Shown one piece after another: positions 15,304 to 24,117 of a DNA stretch of 26,413 nucleotides. Numbering within the stretch: the stretch's first letter is position 1; every line of letters begins with the position of its first letter. The notes under the pieces are model-generated. The model was not told the origin of the DNA. It made no database searches and saw only the letters and a list, made by a program, of their open reading frames with translations. The stretch spans positions 1-26,413 of IMG/VR virus record IMGVR_UViG_3300025036_000012; one strand, given 5' to 3'. The translations under genes and the position numbers were made by a program. The stretch comes from a virus (lineage: Duplodnaviria > Caudoviricetes).

Positions 15304-18131
15304 TACGGATAGCTCCTTCCGCGCTTCTGTTCACGGGTAAGCAGGCGGGTAGTCTGTTTCTCGAACTGTCGACCGAGGTCGCCTCTCACCCAGGTCGGCT
15401 CCTGTATGGTTACCGTCCCGACGCCAAGTTGCGGCACCCCGCGACCTGAAAGCAGATAGCTCTGGGCAAGCGCGAAGGCGAGGTTCCGCTGTTCAAGCTG
15501 CACATTCCAGGTATCTATCTGCTCGACTGCCAGCCCGCCTTTGGGCCCTTTCTTGAACGCGCTGCCAAGTGCTTCTGCGCCCAACGCAATAACGCCACCG
15601 ACAATGCCGCCAAAGAATCCGCCAAACAGTTTGCCGCCAAGCCCGCCGCCGAATGCCCCGCTCTCTGCGAGCTTCGAAAACATCTTGGCTACCTGTGCTT
15701 GGAGCACGCTGAACGCTATATCGATAGCCCTCGCTATCGCCCCGGAAGAGATGCTGGCTCCAAAAGCCGTTGCGAGGTCAACCCAGGTCTGCTCCGTGCT
15801 GAGCTTGGCGTCCAGCAGTGCCCGGTCATAGACCGCCCACGCTCGCTTGTAGTCGGCCGCGAGTTCTTCTATGGCCGCTGGATCTAGCCGTGCGTTTTTT
15901 GCCTCATTCAGCAATGAGTAAGCCAACTCAATGTCTGCCCACGCTGTTTCGATGGCGGTTCGCGGCTTCTCTAGCCTCCACAATTCGCGCTCACGCCTGA
16001 GCCGAGTCGCGGCGATACCGTATCGTTCTTGAGATTGCACCTTCGCGAGTGCGATCCTCTCATCCACTTGTCGTTTAATTTCGGCGGCTATCTCCCGGTT
16101 CTTAGCGACCCGATCCTCCTCAAGAGAGAGCAGTTGCTCCTGCCATTCGAAGTCCTCGGCATGTGCTTCAACTTCTGGTCGCATCAGGGCTAGGCGGGCG
16201 TCCAGAAACTGCAGCTCAAGATCAAGGCGGTCGAGTCCTTGTTTACCGAGAAGGTTTTGCCGGCCTTCTAGTTTCCCTTCTTGCTCCAGGCGTCTCTGTC
16301 TGAGGGTCTCGAGGTCAAGCCGCCGTCTTTCGAGTTCGTATTCCGCTTCGCCGACTTCAAGTGTGGTCGTAGCCGTCCCGACATAACTCTTCGCCAGTTC
16401 CACTCGCCTATCCTGAAAGTCCACCGCAAGGAGCGCCTGCTGGAGTTCACCCTTGCCAAGAGTGGCTCTCTTCTCAGCGAGATTGAGTTCCGCACCCGCG
16501 AGGCTATACGCTTCTTTCGCTGCCCACAGGGGATCACCCCCGCCGCCCCCGCCGCCCCCGCCGCCCCCCGGGGGCGGGGGCGGGGGCGGGGGTGGCGCTG
16601 GCCGGGGCAGACCTGGTTCTTGTGAGCTGTAATACCCCAGCTCCTCCAACTTCTTACGCCAGAATGCCCCTCGTTGACGGACTGGTATTGCCAGAGATTC
16701 CGCCTGAGCCTTTTCGGACGCTTTCCGGTCTTTCTCAATAAGCTTCCGTTTTGCTCTCCTAACCGCTTGTTCCTCTGCAGCGGCTCTGGCAAGAATAGCC
16801 GTGCCTCTTTCGTATTCCGCCTCGGTATCCCGATAAAGAGCGTGAATCTGACTCTTCAGTTGCCAAAGGTAGGCACCTAGAACTGCGGCAGCAGCAAGAA
16901 TAGCCCCGAATGCTGCTACCCCAGACACTTGCATCGCATAGAATGCACTGACAGAGCCTGTCCCCGCTGCCACATTAACGGCGATTATTATTGCCCGCAG
17001 GTCAGCAAGAAGCTTAGTCCAAGTGGCTGTCCTGGCGATAACCATTTGGAATCCCATTGCAACAATCGCCAATTGTGCAGCCCAGACTGTAAACTGCATT
17101 AGCGCCCAAGCGGCCACGAGTATCTTAACGGCATTCGCAACTTTTCGGAATGCCGCCGCCAGCTTCTCAGGGTGCTGGGTGAACTCTTTGATTTGTGAAG
17201 TGAGCCATCCGAAGAACCGCGCGGCGGAGTCAGCCATATCCCGAAAGACCTTTTGGAAGGCTGCCAATGCTTCGGGGTCGGCGTAGAGCCGCCGGAAAGC
17301 ATCGCGAACCGAGGATATTAGCTCAAGGATTTTCTCAATCGCCGGTCTTACCGCGGGGGCGATAGCTTCCCCCAGCTCTCTCAGGATCACATTGATTCTC
17401 CCCTTCAGCTTCAGCCAGCGGGACGCCAGCAGGTTATCCATTTCTTCAGCGTAGTCGCCCCACATCTGCTTAAGGATAGCTATCGCTGCCCGTTCAGCTT
17501 TGACACCTTCCTCTGGGGACGCCAGCCCGCCGGCTTTCGTGAACTTGACGCCTTGTTCAGCTAGCTTCTCGCGCGTGATGGCAAAAGGCATCAGTTCCGG
17601 GCCTAGAAATCTCCCCGACCGCAGAATACCGAGAACCCGTGCGACATCCGCCATCGGGCGGCCAGCAGCCCTGGCTGCGATTCCCATCAGCATCAGGTCT
17701 TCCCGCAACTGCCCTGCCGCCTCGCCGCCTCCCAGGGTGGCTATCCTGAATGCCAGCATAACCTTTGTCGTCTCGATAATGTCCTCAAGAAAGAAGGGAG
17801 TCTCGGCGGCAAAGTCAAGCAGCATATTGAGGGTCTTTTCGCCAGCTTCCTTGCTGCCAGTCATCCCTGCAGCGAGAGAAATGAACGACAAGCGGAGATT
17901 CTCAAGGTTTGCCCAAGCGCGGAGTGCGGCGATTGTGATTCCCCCGAAAGCAACCACCCCGGCCGCCGCGAGCATGCCGACCTTATTCGTCATTGACTGG
18001 AGCTCGCCCGTCGCGAGGCGGAGGCGGTTACGCATCGTCGCCAACCCTTGGTTCATCCCCTCTACGCCGCCGATAAAGCCTCGCCGGTCAAGATCAATCG
18101 TTATCTTGATTTTCTCTTGGCGAAGTGCCAT
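15303..18131 (-). CDS. Tail tape measure protein
   Basis: 942 aa, Ala-rich helical; LLDFAAETPFFLEDII tape-measure motif; hydrophobic central segment; follows the chaperone pair. Confidence 0.92.
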   Translation of the reverse strand: MALRQEKIKITIDLDRRGFIGGVEGMNQGLATMRNRLRLATGELQSMTNKVGMLAAAGVVAFGGITIAALRAWANLENLRLSFISLAAGMTGSKEAGEKTLNMLLDFAAETPFFLEDIIETTKVMLAFRIATLGGGEAAGQLREDLMLMGIAARAAGRPMADVARVLGILRSGRFLGPELMPFAITREKLAEQGVKFTKAGGLASPEEGVKAERAAIAILKQMWGDYAEEMDNLLASRWLKLKGRINVILRELGEAIAPAVRPAIEKILELISSVRDAFRRLYADPEALAAFQKVFRDMADSAARFFGWLTSQIKEFTQHPEKLAAAFRKVANAVKILVAAWALMQFTVWAAQLAIVAMGFQMVIARTATWTKLLADLRAIIIAVNVAAGTGSVSAFYAMQVSGVAAFGAILAAAAVLGAYLWQLKSQIHALYRDTEAEYERGTAILARAAAEEQAVRRAKRKLIEKDRKASEKAQAESLAIPVRQRGAFWRKKLEELGYYSSQEPGLPRPAPPPPPPPPPGGGGGGGGGGGDPLWAAKEAYSLAGAELNLAEKRATLGKGELQQALLAVDFQDRRVELAKSYVGTATTTLEVGEAEYELERRRLDLETLRQRRLEQEGKLEGRQNLLGKQGLDRLDLELQFLDARLALMRPEVEAHAEDFEWQEQLLSLEEDRVAKNREIAAEIKRQVDERIALAKVQSQERYGIAATRLRRERELWRLEKPRTAIETAWADIELAYSLLNEAKNARLDPAAIEELAADYKRAWAVYDRALLDAKLSTEQTWVDLATAFGASISSGAIARAIDIAFSVLQAQVAKMFSKLAESGAFGGGLGGKLFGGFFGGIVGGVIALGAEALGSAFKKGPKGGLAVEQIDTWNVQLEQRNLAFALAQSYLLSGRGVPQLGVGTVTIQEPTWVRGDLGRQFEKQTTRLLTREQKRGRSYP
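16537..16592. repeat. 56-nt pure G/C tract encoding a poly-Pro/poly-Gly linker
   Basis: (CCCCCGCCG)n followed by (GGGGGC)n; four G-runs of at least 5 nt on each strand. Confidence 0.9.
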
Positions 18132-18483
18132 CTTCTTTTATCCGCTCATCCCCGTAATACCACGCACACAAGGCTTGTTTGCGGCGTTCCAATTCACGCA
18201 ACTGTGCCGAAGCCTTGTCGGCGTCTTTCTTATCCCAATAAGAACGCCTGAGAATCTCCTTACTGTGCTCATTCAGCTCGTCCTGCAACCTCGCAAGCCG
18301 GTATCTGGTAATCCAATGCCAGTATTCTGGCTCGGTTAGCGCCGCCAGCTCACCAGTCGTCCATCCTTCGCGCCGAAACAAGTGCAGCTCATCTACGGAG
18401 AGGGTGCCGACTCGCCCTTCCCATCGTTCTCTGCTAGCAGTTTCGTCTTCCGCAGGGCGCGGGCACCGCCTGTAAAGACGGAG
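18094..18483 (-). CDS. Tail assembly chaperone, frameshifted C-terminal part (lambda gpT analogue)
   Basis: The -1 frame is open from the slippery site (18489-18483) to the stop at 18094; no SD at the track start TTG 18381. Confidence 0.75.
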   Translation of the reverse strand, partial: LRLYRRCPRPAEDETASRERWEGRVGTLSVDELHLFRREGWTTGELAALTEPEYWHWITRYRLARLQDELNEHSKEILRRSYWDKKDADKASAQLRELERRKQALCAWYYGDERIKEDGTSPRENQDND

Positions 18484-18929
18484 AAAAAACGGCCAATCAG
18501 CTCGCTTTGGATGAGGTTCACCTCAAGGGCGATTCCTGCCAGCCCCCAGAGCTCGTCAAACATTATATCCTTGCGAACTTCGGGGTCGCGCAGTTCGGGC
18601 ACGCACTCCTCAACGAGGGCATCAACGAAGTCGGGTACCTCATGGAGTGCGTTCCTTAGGAGTTCGCCAATATTCTGGAGGTCAACCTCCATCCCCAGCC
18701 TTAGAGCGTCATCCCCGCCCCCTGGGGCGGGTTTCAACCCAGGCAGCAGGTCAAGAAGCCGGCTGATGAAGCTATCGTAGACCTCGAGAAACTGCTTCCG
18801 CACGCGGTCTGCGCTTCCCTTTCGAAGCCGCTCGACATGAACTTCTTGCCCTGATGCAAGCTGAACGGGCACGCGCATGGTCGAGAAGATGACCTTCTCG
18901 GCCTCAACAATGTTCTTCAGTTCTCTCAC
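18393..18929 (-). CDS. Tail assembly chaperone (lambda gpG analogue)
   Basis: Between tail tube and tape measure; contains in-frame T TTT TTC. Confidence 0.78.
   Translation of the reverse strand: MRELKNIVEAEKVIFSTMRVPVQLASGQEVHVERLRKGSADRVRKQFLEVYDSFISRLLDLLPGLKPAPGGGDDALRLGMEVDLQNIGELLRNALHEVPDFVDALVEECVPELRDPEVRKDIMFDELWGLAGIALEVNLIQSELIGRFFSVFTGGARALRKTKLLAENDGKGESAPSP
18483..18489 (-). promoter_or_regulatory. Programmed -1 ribosomal frameshift heptamer T TTT TTC
   Basis: X XXY YYZ pattern in the correct phase (CGT TTT TTC); a -1 shift enters the downstream ORF frame. Confidence 0.78.
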
Positions 18930-18950
18930 TGTGTGGTTCCTTCGTTAGGG

Positions 18951-20189
18951 TTAGGGTTCAAGCACCTGGCGTCCAGCGTATCCTTCACCGTGGACGGCAA
19001 CCTTATAGATGGCTCGTTCCCCGCCATCATAGAGGCAAGAGAAAGCATATTCCTGACCGACGCCATCCCATGTATCGTCCTGAAAAGCCAGAGATGCGGA
19101 CTCAGTGTCAGGGGTTGCCTTGAAAATAGTAACCTCGCGTCCTACGGCGTAAGCGCCGCCGCCTGGGTCGGATCGAAGCTGAAGTAGCCGCAGCTTGCGG
19201 AAAGTTGGCGGCCCGACAAGCGGCCCCGCCTTGCTCTCAATACCTTCAGCCCGCGTGACGGCGTATGTAAGCATATACACGACATTCCGCCTCAGGTCGT
19301 TCGGTCCACCGGCAACACCGATGATTTCACCGCTGTCGGTGTCGAATGTGTAGTCGATACCGCCGGGGGTAAAGGTCGTTATCCCATCGAGCGTTTTCAG
19401 CGTAATGATGGATATCGGTTCTGCAGCCCAGGTCGTTACCGGTCCCGTCTTGGCTAGAATCAAGAGGGCGTGAACCGAGCCATCAACTTCTTGGATGAGC
19501 GTGCGGTTCTTACCCGCTGCGGGTACCCCGGCGGCGTCATCTCCCATATAGATTCGCCACTTCTTCGGTTGCCCTTCTGTGGGGTCTGTCCATTCGGCGA
19601 GAATCTTGTTAACCGCACCCGCGCCCACCGTGGTAACCATATCGTAACTCTCGTGCTCTGTCGCCGGCCAGCTTTCCTCGGCGCCCGCATCGTCATAGAC
19701 GCCGATGATGCTCACGGCATAGGTGCCAGGAAGAATCGACCCACCGGTATTTAACGGCGTGCCGAGGCAGCTATCGGGTTCTGGGTAGAGACCTGGCAGG
19801 ATGGCGTAAGGAAGCCGCACCTTCTTGTTGCGATCGAACTCCAGCGTAATGAGTTCCTTCGCCGTGTAGATGGTCTTGGGTAGGTTCACCTGCGTCGCCC
19901 CTGCTCCAAATACGAGTTTCAGCAAGTCGGGGTTCATAGGCTCCTTGCTTGTGAACCTGAGGCGAGCCTCTTGCGTCGTCCGCTCCACCTCGAGCGGGAT
20001 GGTAGCGCCTTCTACGACCTCGGTCAGGGTGTCTTTATCCCGCGTTTCCTCAATGACAACATCATCGACTCTGCCTAGTCGCATCCAGCCGTTAACGATC
20101 TGGCCGCCAAGAGTGCTAAGATAGACATCGAGGTTAGCGGGACCCTTGATTGGATAGAATGCTTGTTCAAACTGTGCATTTCCGGGCAT
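18951..20189 (-). CDS. Major tail (tube) protein with internal accessory domains
   Basis: WMRLGRVDDVVIE...EARLRFTSKE...LLKLVFG at the N-terminus and REVTIFKATP...YAFSCL at the C-terminus; position before the chaperones. Confidence 0.75.
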   Translation of the reverse strand: MPGNAQFEQAFYPIKGPANLDVYLSTLGGQIVNGWMRLGRVDDVVIEETRDKDTLTEVVEGATIPLEVERTTQEARLRFTSKEPMNPDLLKLVFGAGATQVNLPKTIYTAKELITLEFDRNKKVRLPYAILPGLYPEPDSCLGTPLNTGGSILPGTYAVSIIGVYDDAGAEESWPATEHESYDMVTTVGAGAVNKILAEWTDPTEGQPKKWRIYMGDDAAGVPAAGKNRTLIQEVDGSVHALLILAKTGPVTTWAAEPISIITLKTLDGITTFTPGGIDYTFDTDSGEIIGVAGGPNDLRRNVVYMLTYAVTRAEGIESKAGPLVGPPTFRKLRLLQLRSDPGGGAYAVGREVTIFKATPDTESASLAFQDDTWDGVGQEYAFSCLYDGGERAIYKVAVHGEGYAGRQVLEP

Positions 20190-20428
20190 TACTTATCACC
20201 TCCTTCTTTGTAAAATTCTGCTATACCAGCGTTTACCAAGTCGGCTTCCCACTCAGTCGGCTGGTCGATGACAAGCCCAGCTTTGTAAGAACCTTGGATG
20301 TCGGCATGGCGCACCAAGAGCCTGTCGGTATTCCGCTGGATAGTGAAAGACTTAACGATGATGATTGGCTTACGTCGCTTAGACGCCAGCAGTTTCTCCG
20401 GTTTCAGTTCCGCATTGTCCTTCGGCAT
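20189..20428 (-). CDS. Small hypothetical virion-module protein
   Basis: AAGGAGGT SD; TAATG coupling to the tail tube gene. Confidence 0.7.
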   Translation of the reverse strand: MPKDNAELKPEKLLASKRRKPIIIVKSFTIQRNTDRLLVRHADIQGSYKAGLVIDQPTEWEADLVNAGIAEFYKEGGDK

Positions 20429-20438
20429 ATTTACCTCC

Positions 20439-20867
20439 TTAATCCCGAAGAATCAACAGTTCAATCGTGACGACTCCCGCGTGGAACATTCCCACCTTTT
20501 CGACCTCAAGGTGTCCATATTCCACTCCTGTTACGCGAACCCCCTGAATCTCCAGTCCCCCAGCCTTACGCAATTGTGCTATCAGTGTGCCACAAATCGC
20601 CCGCATATATGCCTCGCCCTCTTCGGGGTCGGGATAGAGGAACGCTGGCTTGACCTCCGCCGTGACCGTTGCCTCCGGGCCGGGGGCTTCTATTCGTTCC
20701 GAGATCGCGGCGATAGTGCAAGCGATTCCTTCCGGGGGCACAACCCACGCATCCAGAAGCTGCCAAATGCTGATGTCCGCTAAGCTTGGCTCCGCCGCCA
20801 GATAACTGCGTAGCGAAGCCAGCGCCTTGTTCAGGCGGTCGGTTGTCGGATCAATCGTTAACGCCAT
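20439..20867 (-). CDS. Putative tail terminator/completion protein
   Basis: Size and position between the morphogenesis gene and tail tube; TGATG overlap at 20867. Confidence 0.55.
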   Translation of the reverse strand: MALTIDPTTDRLNKALASLRSYLAAEPSLADISIWQLLDAWVVPPEGIACTIAAISERIEAPGPEATVTAEVKPAFLYPDPEEGEAYMRAICGTLIAQLRKAGGLEIQGVRVTGVEYGHLEVEKVGMFHAGVVTIELLILRD

Positions 20868-21550
20868 CAGACTGCTCCCAGCGGCGGTAGTTTGTTCCAC
20901 GCCAGAAAATAGGTGAGCACCTGCTTGTCCAGTTCGATATCCTGTGATAAGACGACAATCATGGGGCGAGCCGGGATACTCACGGTATGCGCCGCCACGC
21001 TCTTCCTGAACATTATCGCCCCGGGAATACTGGGGTGCGGGAATGCAAGCGATCGCCCGGTCTTAGCAGTGATGGCGGGGATATGAACCGTGCCGCCGGT
21101 CTGATGGATCGCTGCGTATGGAAGCGGCGACCCGACAACCACACCGGTATCCCAAACGCGTTTACCGAAGCTGCGCCTGAGGCGGCCGCTTACGATAAGA
21201 ATCCGCCCCCCCTTGGGGTGCAGAAATTCCTGCACCATTCCTCGTCCGAATTCACGCCGCATAGCACTTCGACGAGACATTGATGACGACAACCGTGCGA
21301 ACGCCATAGTCTCCCGGTAGCGAGACACTTTGCCGAGCGCTCGCGAAACCAGCGTGCTTTGGGCAAGTGGCTTCCACTTAGCGGGGCGCCCCTGGACATC
21401 GAAGTTCTTATCTATCGACCGGCGATGAATCTCTCCGATTCGCTGCAAGGGCACCCGCGTGTTCTTGCCAGAGTCCCGAAGGTCTTTGAGAAGCCGTCGA
21501 ACGCCTGCATCATCGACCCGAACAATGGCGCCGCCTCTTAGGGTTGCCAT
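20867..21550 (-). CDS. Phage virion morphogenesis protein (Mu gpG / P2 gpS-like)
   Basis: NFDVQGRPAKWKPLAQST, ILIVSGRLRRS, VGSPLPYAAIHQTGG, IPARPM. ATG 21550 follows GGAGGTGG. Confidence 0.85.
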   Translation of the reverse strand: MATLRGGAIVRVDDAGVRRLLKDLRDSGKNTRVPLQRIGEIHRRSIDKNFDVQGRPAKWKPLAQSTLVSRALGKVSRYRETMAFARLSSSMSRRSAMRREFGRGMVQEFLHPKGGRILIVSGRLRRSFGKRVWDTGVVVGSPLPYAAIHQTGGTVHIPAITAKTGRSLAFPHPSIPGAIMFRKSVAAHTVSIPARPMIVVLSQDIELDKQVLTYFLAWNKLPPLGAV

Positions 21551-22065
21551 TGCTCCACCTCCTCTTGCACCCACGGTGTTTTATCGGGGGACTCAGCTTT
21601 CTCCGCTTGCGTCATCTGGCTACCCGCGCTGGGGCCGTAGGCAGGCACCAGCGGTGAGTGAACAAGACTCAAGGTTGGGCGATCGACCTTGATATTCTGG
21701 AGCCAACTGTAAGCGGTCTGGATGTCGCCCGTCCCCATATCGGTAGCCTTTTCAACGGCATACGGTGAGATGAGCCGCTCCTGTAAGAGACCGCTTGCAA
21801 GATAGCGGGCAATGAGTTCTATGCGAACTGGCAGGTTGCCGCTATCTAGGACGGCTTGCAGCGCCGCTTCGTTGCCCGTCGGGCTAAGGTCGGTATCCGT
21901 TAGGAAAGGCAGCGAGTAGAGGTCTGCGAGCGCGGCGTTGATTTGCGTCTGCGCATCCCGAATTACGGCCGTAACTTGCGCAGTTGAGAACTGTGCCATC
22001 CCGTCCGGGGCGTTCGCCGTAACCCGCGACCGCTCGCGAACCCTTGTTTCGATGGTATATGCCAG
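21538..22065 (-). CDS. Head-tail adaptor, Mu gp36/DUF1320-like; probable CTG start
   Basis: IRDAQTQINAALADLYSLPF, IARYLA, AYSWLQNI. Frame extends upstream to CTG-GCA-TAT (M-A-Y), 6 nt after GAGGAG. Confidence 0.72.
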   Translation of the reverse strand: MAYTIETRVRERSRVTANAPDGMAQFSTAQVTAVIRDAQTQINAALADLYSLPFLTDTDLSPTGNEAALQAVLDSGNLPVRIELIARYLASGLLQERLISPYAVEKATDMGTGDIQTAYSWLQNIKVDRPTLSLVHSPLVPAYGPSAGSQMTQAEKAESPDKTPWVQEEVEQWQP

Positions 22066-22068
22066 TGG

Positions 22069-22428
22069 CTACTCCTCTGAGGTCGTTAAGAGCCGCCTCT
22101 TGTATGCCTCAATGCTATCGAAGTCCACACTCCAGGGCTCGCCTTCCGCGGCACGTGCCGCTACAATCTCGCCCGCATCGATGAGCGCTCGGAGTTTCTG
22201 GTTTGAGACATCGAGCAACTCAGCCGCATCGTTAAAGGAAATCCCGTGTGCGGGGGGCACCGGTGCGGGCGCCGGGAAGGCAGCCCTATCGATGACCTCA
22301 TACCACTTTGGCATACCTTCTACTTGCACGACCTCGGCATCGGTTGGGTCTTTGATAACCGTTCCTTTCTTGAACACACCGTTCCTGAAAGCCACATCGG
22401 CCTTAATCAGAATCTCATACTTAGCCAT
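22069..22428 (-). CDS. Two-domain protein: short N-terminal beta domain plus MerR/excisionase-type HTH
   Basis: ISFNDAAELLDVSNQKLRALIDAGEIVAAR...WSVDFDSIEAY; Pro/Ala linker; AGGAGGAG SD. Confidence 0.72.
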   Translation of the reverse strand: MAKYEILIKADVAFRNGVFKKGTVIKDPTDAEVVQVEGMPKWYEVIDRAAFPAPAPVPPAHGISFNDAAELLDVSNQKLRALIDAGEIVAARAAEGEPWSVDFDSIEAYKRRLLTTSEE

Positions 22429-22444
22429 CGTCTCCTCCTATGGC

Positions 22445-23464
22445 TTAGGGTTTAACATCGACAACGGTGACCCACTCAGGGTGGTAAAGCACGGGGATAC
22501 CCGCCATGCCGTGGATAATCTTCACATGCGGCGGGTCTTCGTCGGTCTTATCAATCGTGCGGGTGAACTTGCCAGCGGCGGGTGTCCTAATATCCCCGTG
22601 GCGCAGCGTAACGGTCGAAACGAATTCGCCAAGACGCTCGCCCCCATCGGCTATGCAGACGATATAGTCGTCTGGCACGATGAGTGAGCCATCGATTACA
22701 CCATCGTAGACGATGAAATCAATATACGGGAATATCGCCTTAAGGATGTCGGGACCGCGTGTGACCGAGAGACGGGTTGCCCACTCTGATTGCTTGAACA
22801 TGTCCTTGACTTCCACTGTGTTGCGCACGATATACGCCATTACATTGGAATTCAGGATGACCCACTTCATCTTGCCACCGCTACCCACAAAGCTGTTGGC
22901 GATGGTATCGAGGTTAGTCAGTGGGGTGCCGGTGCCAAGGTTACTCCAGTCGCTCCCAGCAGCGAGAGGATTATCAATGTCGTATGTCAGACCATACTTG
23001 ATCGTCCGCTTGATGCCGTTCTCGTCCAGACTAACCTTACCAAGCAAGGCATTGAGCCGCACCCACGCCAGGGCTTTCTCAAGCCGTTCGTCGAGTTGCA
23101 GCACCTTGCGAGCGAACAGTTTGTCAATCGCCGCTGAATACGAGGGAGACCCCGTGCGATATTTCTGCAACTCTAGCAGTTCCTTCTCTCCCAGCCGCAC
23201 CATCCCGCCCCAGATCAGGCTTTCCGCGATGTAAGCTGTGATGCTCTCGCGGGGAATGGCCCGAAGGTCACCATCGTAATCCACAACAGTAGCTCGACCG
23301 CCGACCTTGCCAAGGACTTCCCACATCACATGAGTAGTGATGTCGTCCACGACGGGGAGGAAGTTATTGAGCCATACCGACTCGCCAAGTGCCCACTCGC
23401 GTTGCTGTGCGATTAGCCTCAACTCGTCATCAGGCGGCAGGTATTCTAGTCCAAATGCTCCCAA
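22445..23464 (-). CDS. Major capsid protein (HK97 fold, lambda gpE-like)
   Basis: 339 aa after the decoration gene; ALLGKV...IKYG, DWSNLGTGTPLTNL, VILNSNV, GIPVLYHPE; AAGGAGGTG SD with TTG start. Confidence 0.85.
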   Translation of the reverse strand: MGAFGLEYLPPDDELRLIAQQREWALGESVWLNNFLPVVDDITTHVMWEVLGKVGGRATVVDYDGDLRAIPRESITAYIAESLIWGGMVRLGEKELLELQKYRTGSPSYSAAIDKLFARKVLQLDERLEKALAWVRLNALLGKVSLDENGIKRTIKYGLTYDIDNPLAAGSDWSNLGTGTPLTNLDTIANSFVGSGGKMKWVILNSNVMAYIVRNTVEVKDMFKQSEWATRLSVTRGPDILKAIFPYIDFIVYDGVIDGSLIVPDDYIVCIADGGERLGEFVSTVTLRHGDIRTPAAGKFTRTIDKTDEDPPHVKIIHGMAGIPVLYHPEWVTVVDVKP

Positions 23465-23482
23465 TTCATATCACCTCCTTCT

Positions 23483-24115
23483 TTAGAGAATAGTAAAGTC
23501 TTCCACGACCTGCTTGGCCGGGAAGCCGCTGCTCCAAATGAAGCTCGTGGTGCCATTCGAGTAGCAACGGAGCAAGTCCGTCGTCTTGAATACACCTTTC
23601 ACAAAGAGCTTCACAACCTCATCCTTCTCGGCGAGGTCAATTGTGTGCCCCAGGATACCGACAGCATTCTCAGAGCCGTCCAGCGCGGTTAGGTGCAGGA
23701 TTGCCGCCGCGGTATAGCCACCGACTTTCGCAATCCCATTGGTCACCCAAATCTCTACTGGGTCTAGCGTCCAGTCAATAACGACGATGGCGCCAAGGTC
23801 TTCGGTATCCGCGCCTTCGGTAATCGCGATCGCCACTCCGACGCGGAAAGCGGTCGGGACTTCTCCCGTGGCGACCTTTACAACGGCAGCACCCTGCGCT
23901 ACCGGGGCGGCCAGCTTCGTCACCGGGCGCTGCTGATATTTACCCGACGCCGTAATCTTACCCAGCAGCTCGCCCGGCAGCACCTCATGGACATCGGCGT
24001 TAGCGACGCCCTTTTGGGTTGCCACCGTAACCTGGGTGGCGAGTGCGAAATCCCGAAACAGATAAGGTTCCAGGAATTTCACGCCAGCAATTGTAGTGAT
24101 ACCTTCAATGGCCAA
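23483..24115 (-). CDS. Head decoration protein (lambda gpD-like) with an inserted domain
   Basis: PGELLGKITASGKY ... AVGILGHTID ... LFVKGVF; between scaffold and capsid genes. Confidence 0.75.
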   Translation of the reverse strand: MAIEGITTIAGVKFLEPYLFRDFALATQVTVATQKGVANADVHEVLPGELLGKITASGKYQQRPVTKLAAPVAQGAAVVKVATGEVPTAFRVGVAIAITEGADTEDLGAIVVIDWTLDPVEIWVTNGIAKVGGYTAAAILHLTALDGSENAVGILGHTIDLAEKDEVVKLFVKGVFKTTDLLRCYSNGTTSFIWSSGFPAKQVVEDFTIL

Positions 24116-24117
24116 CT

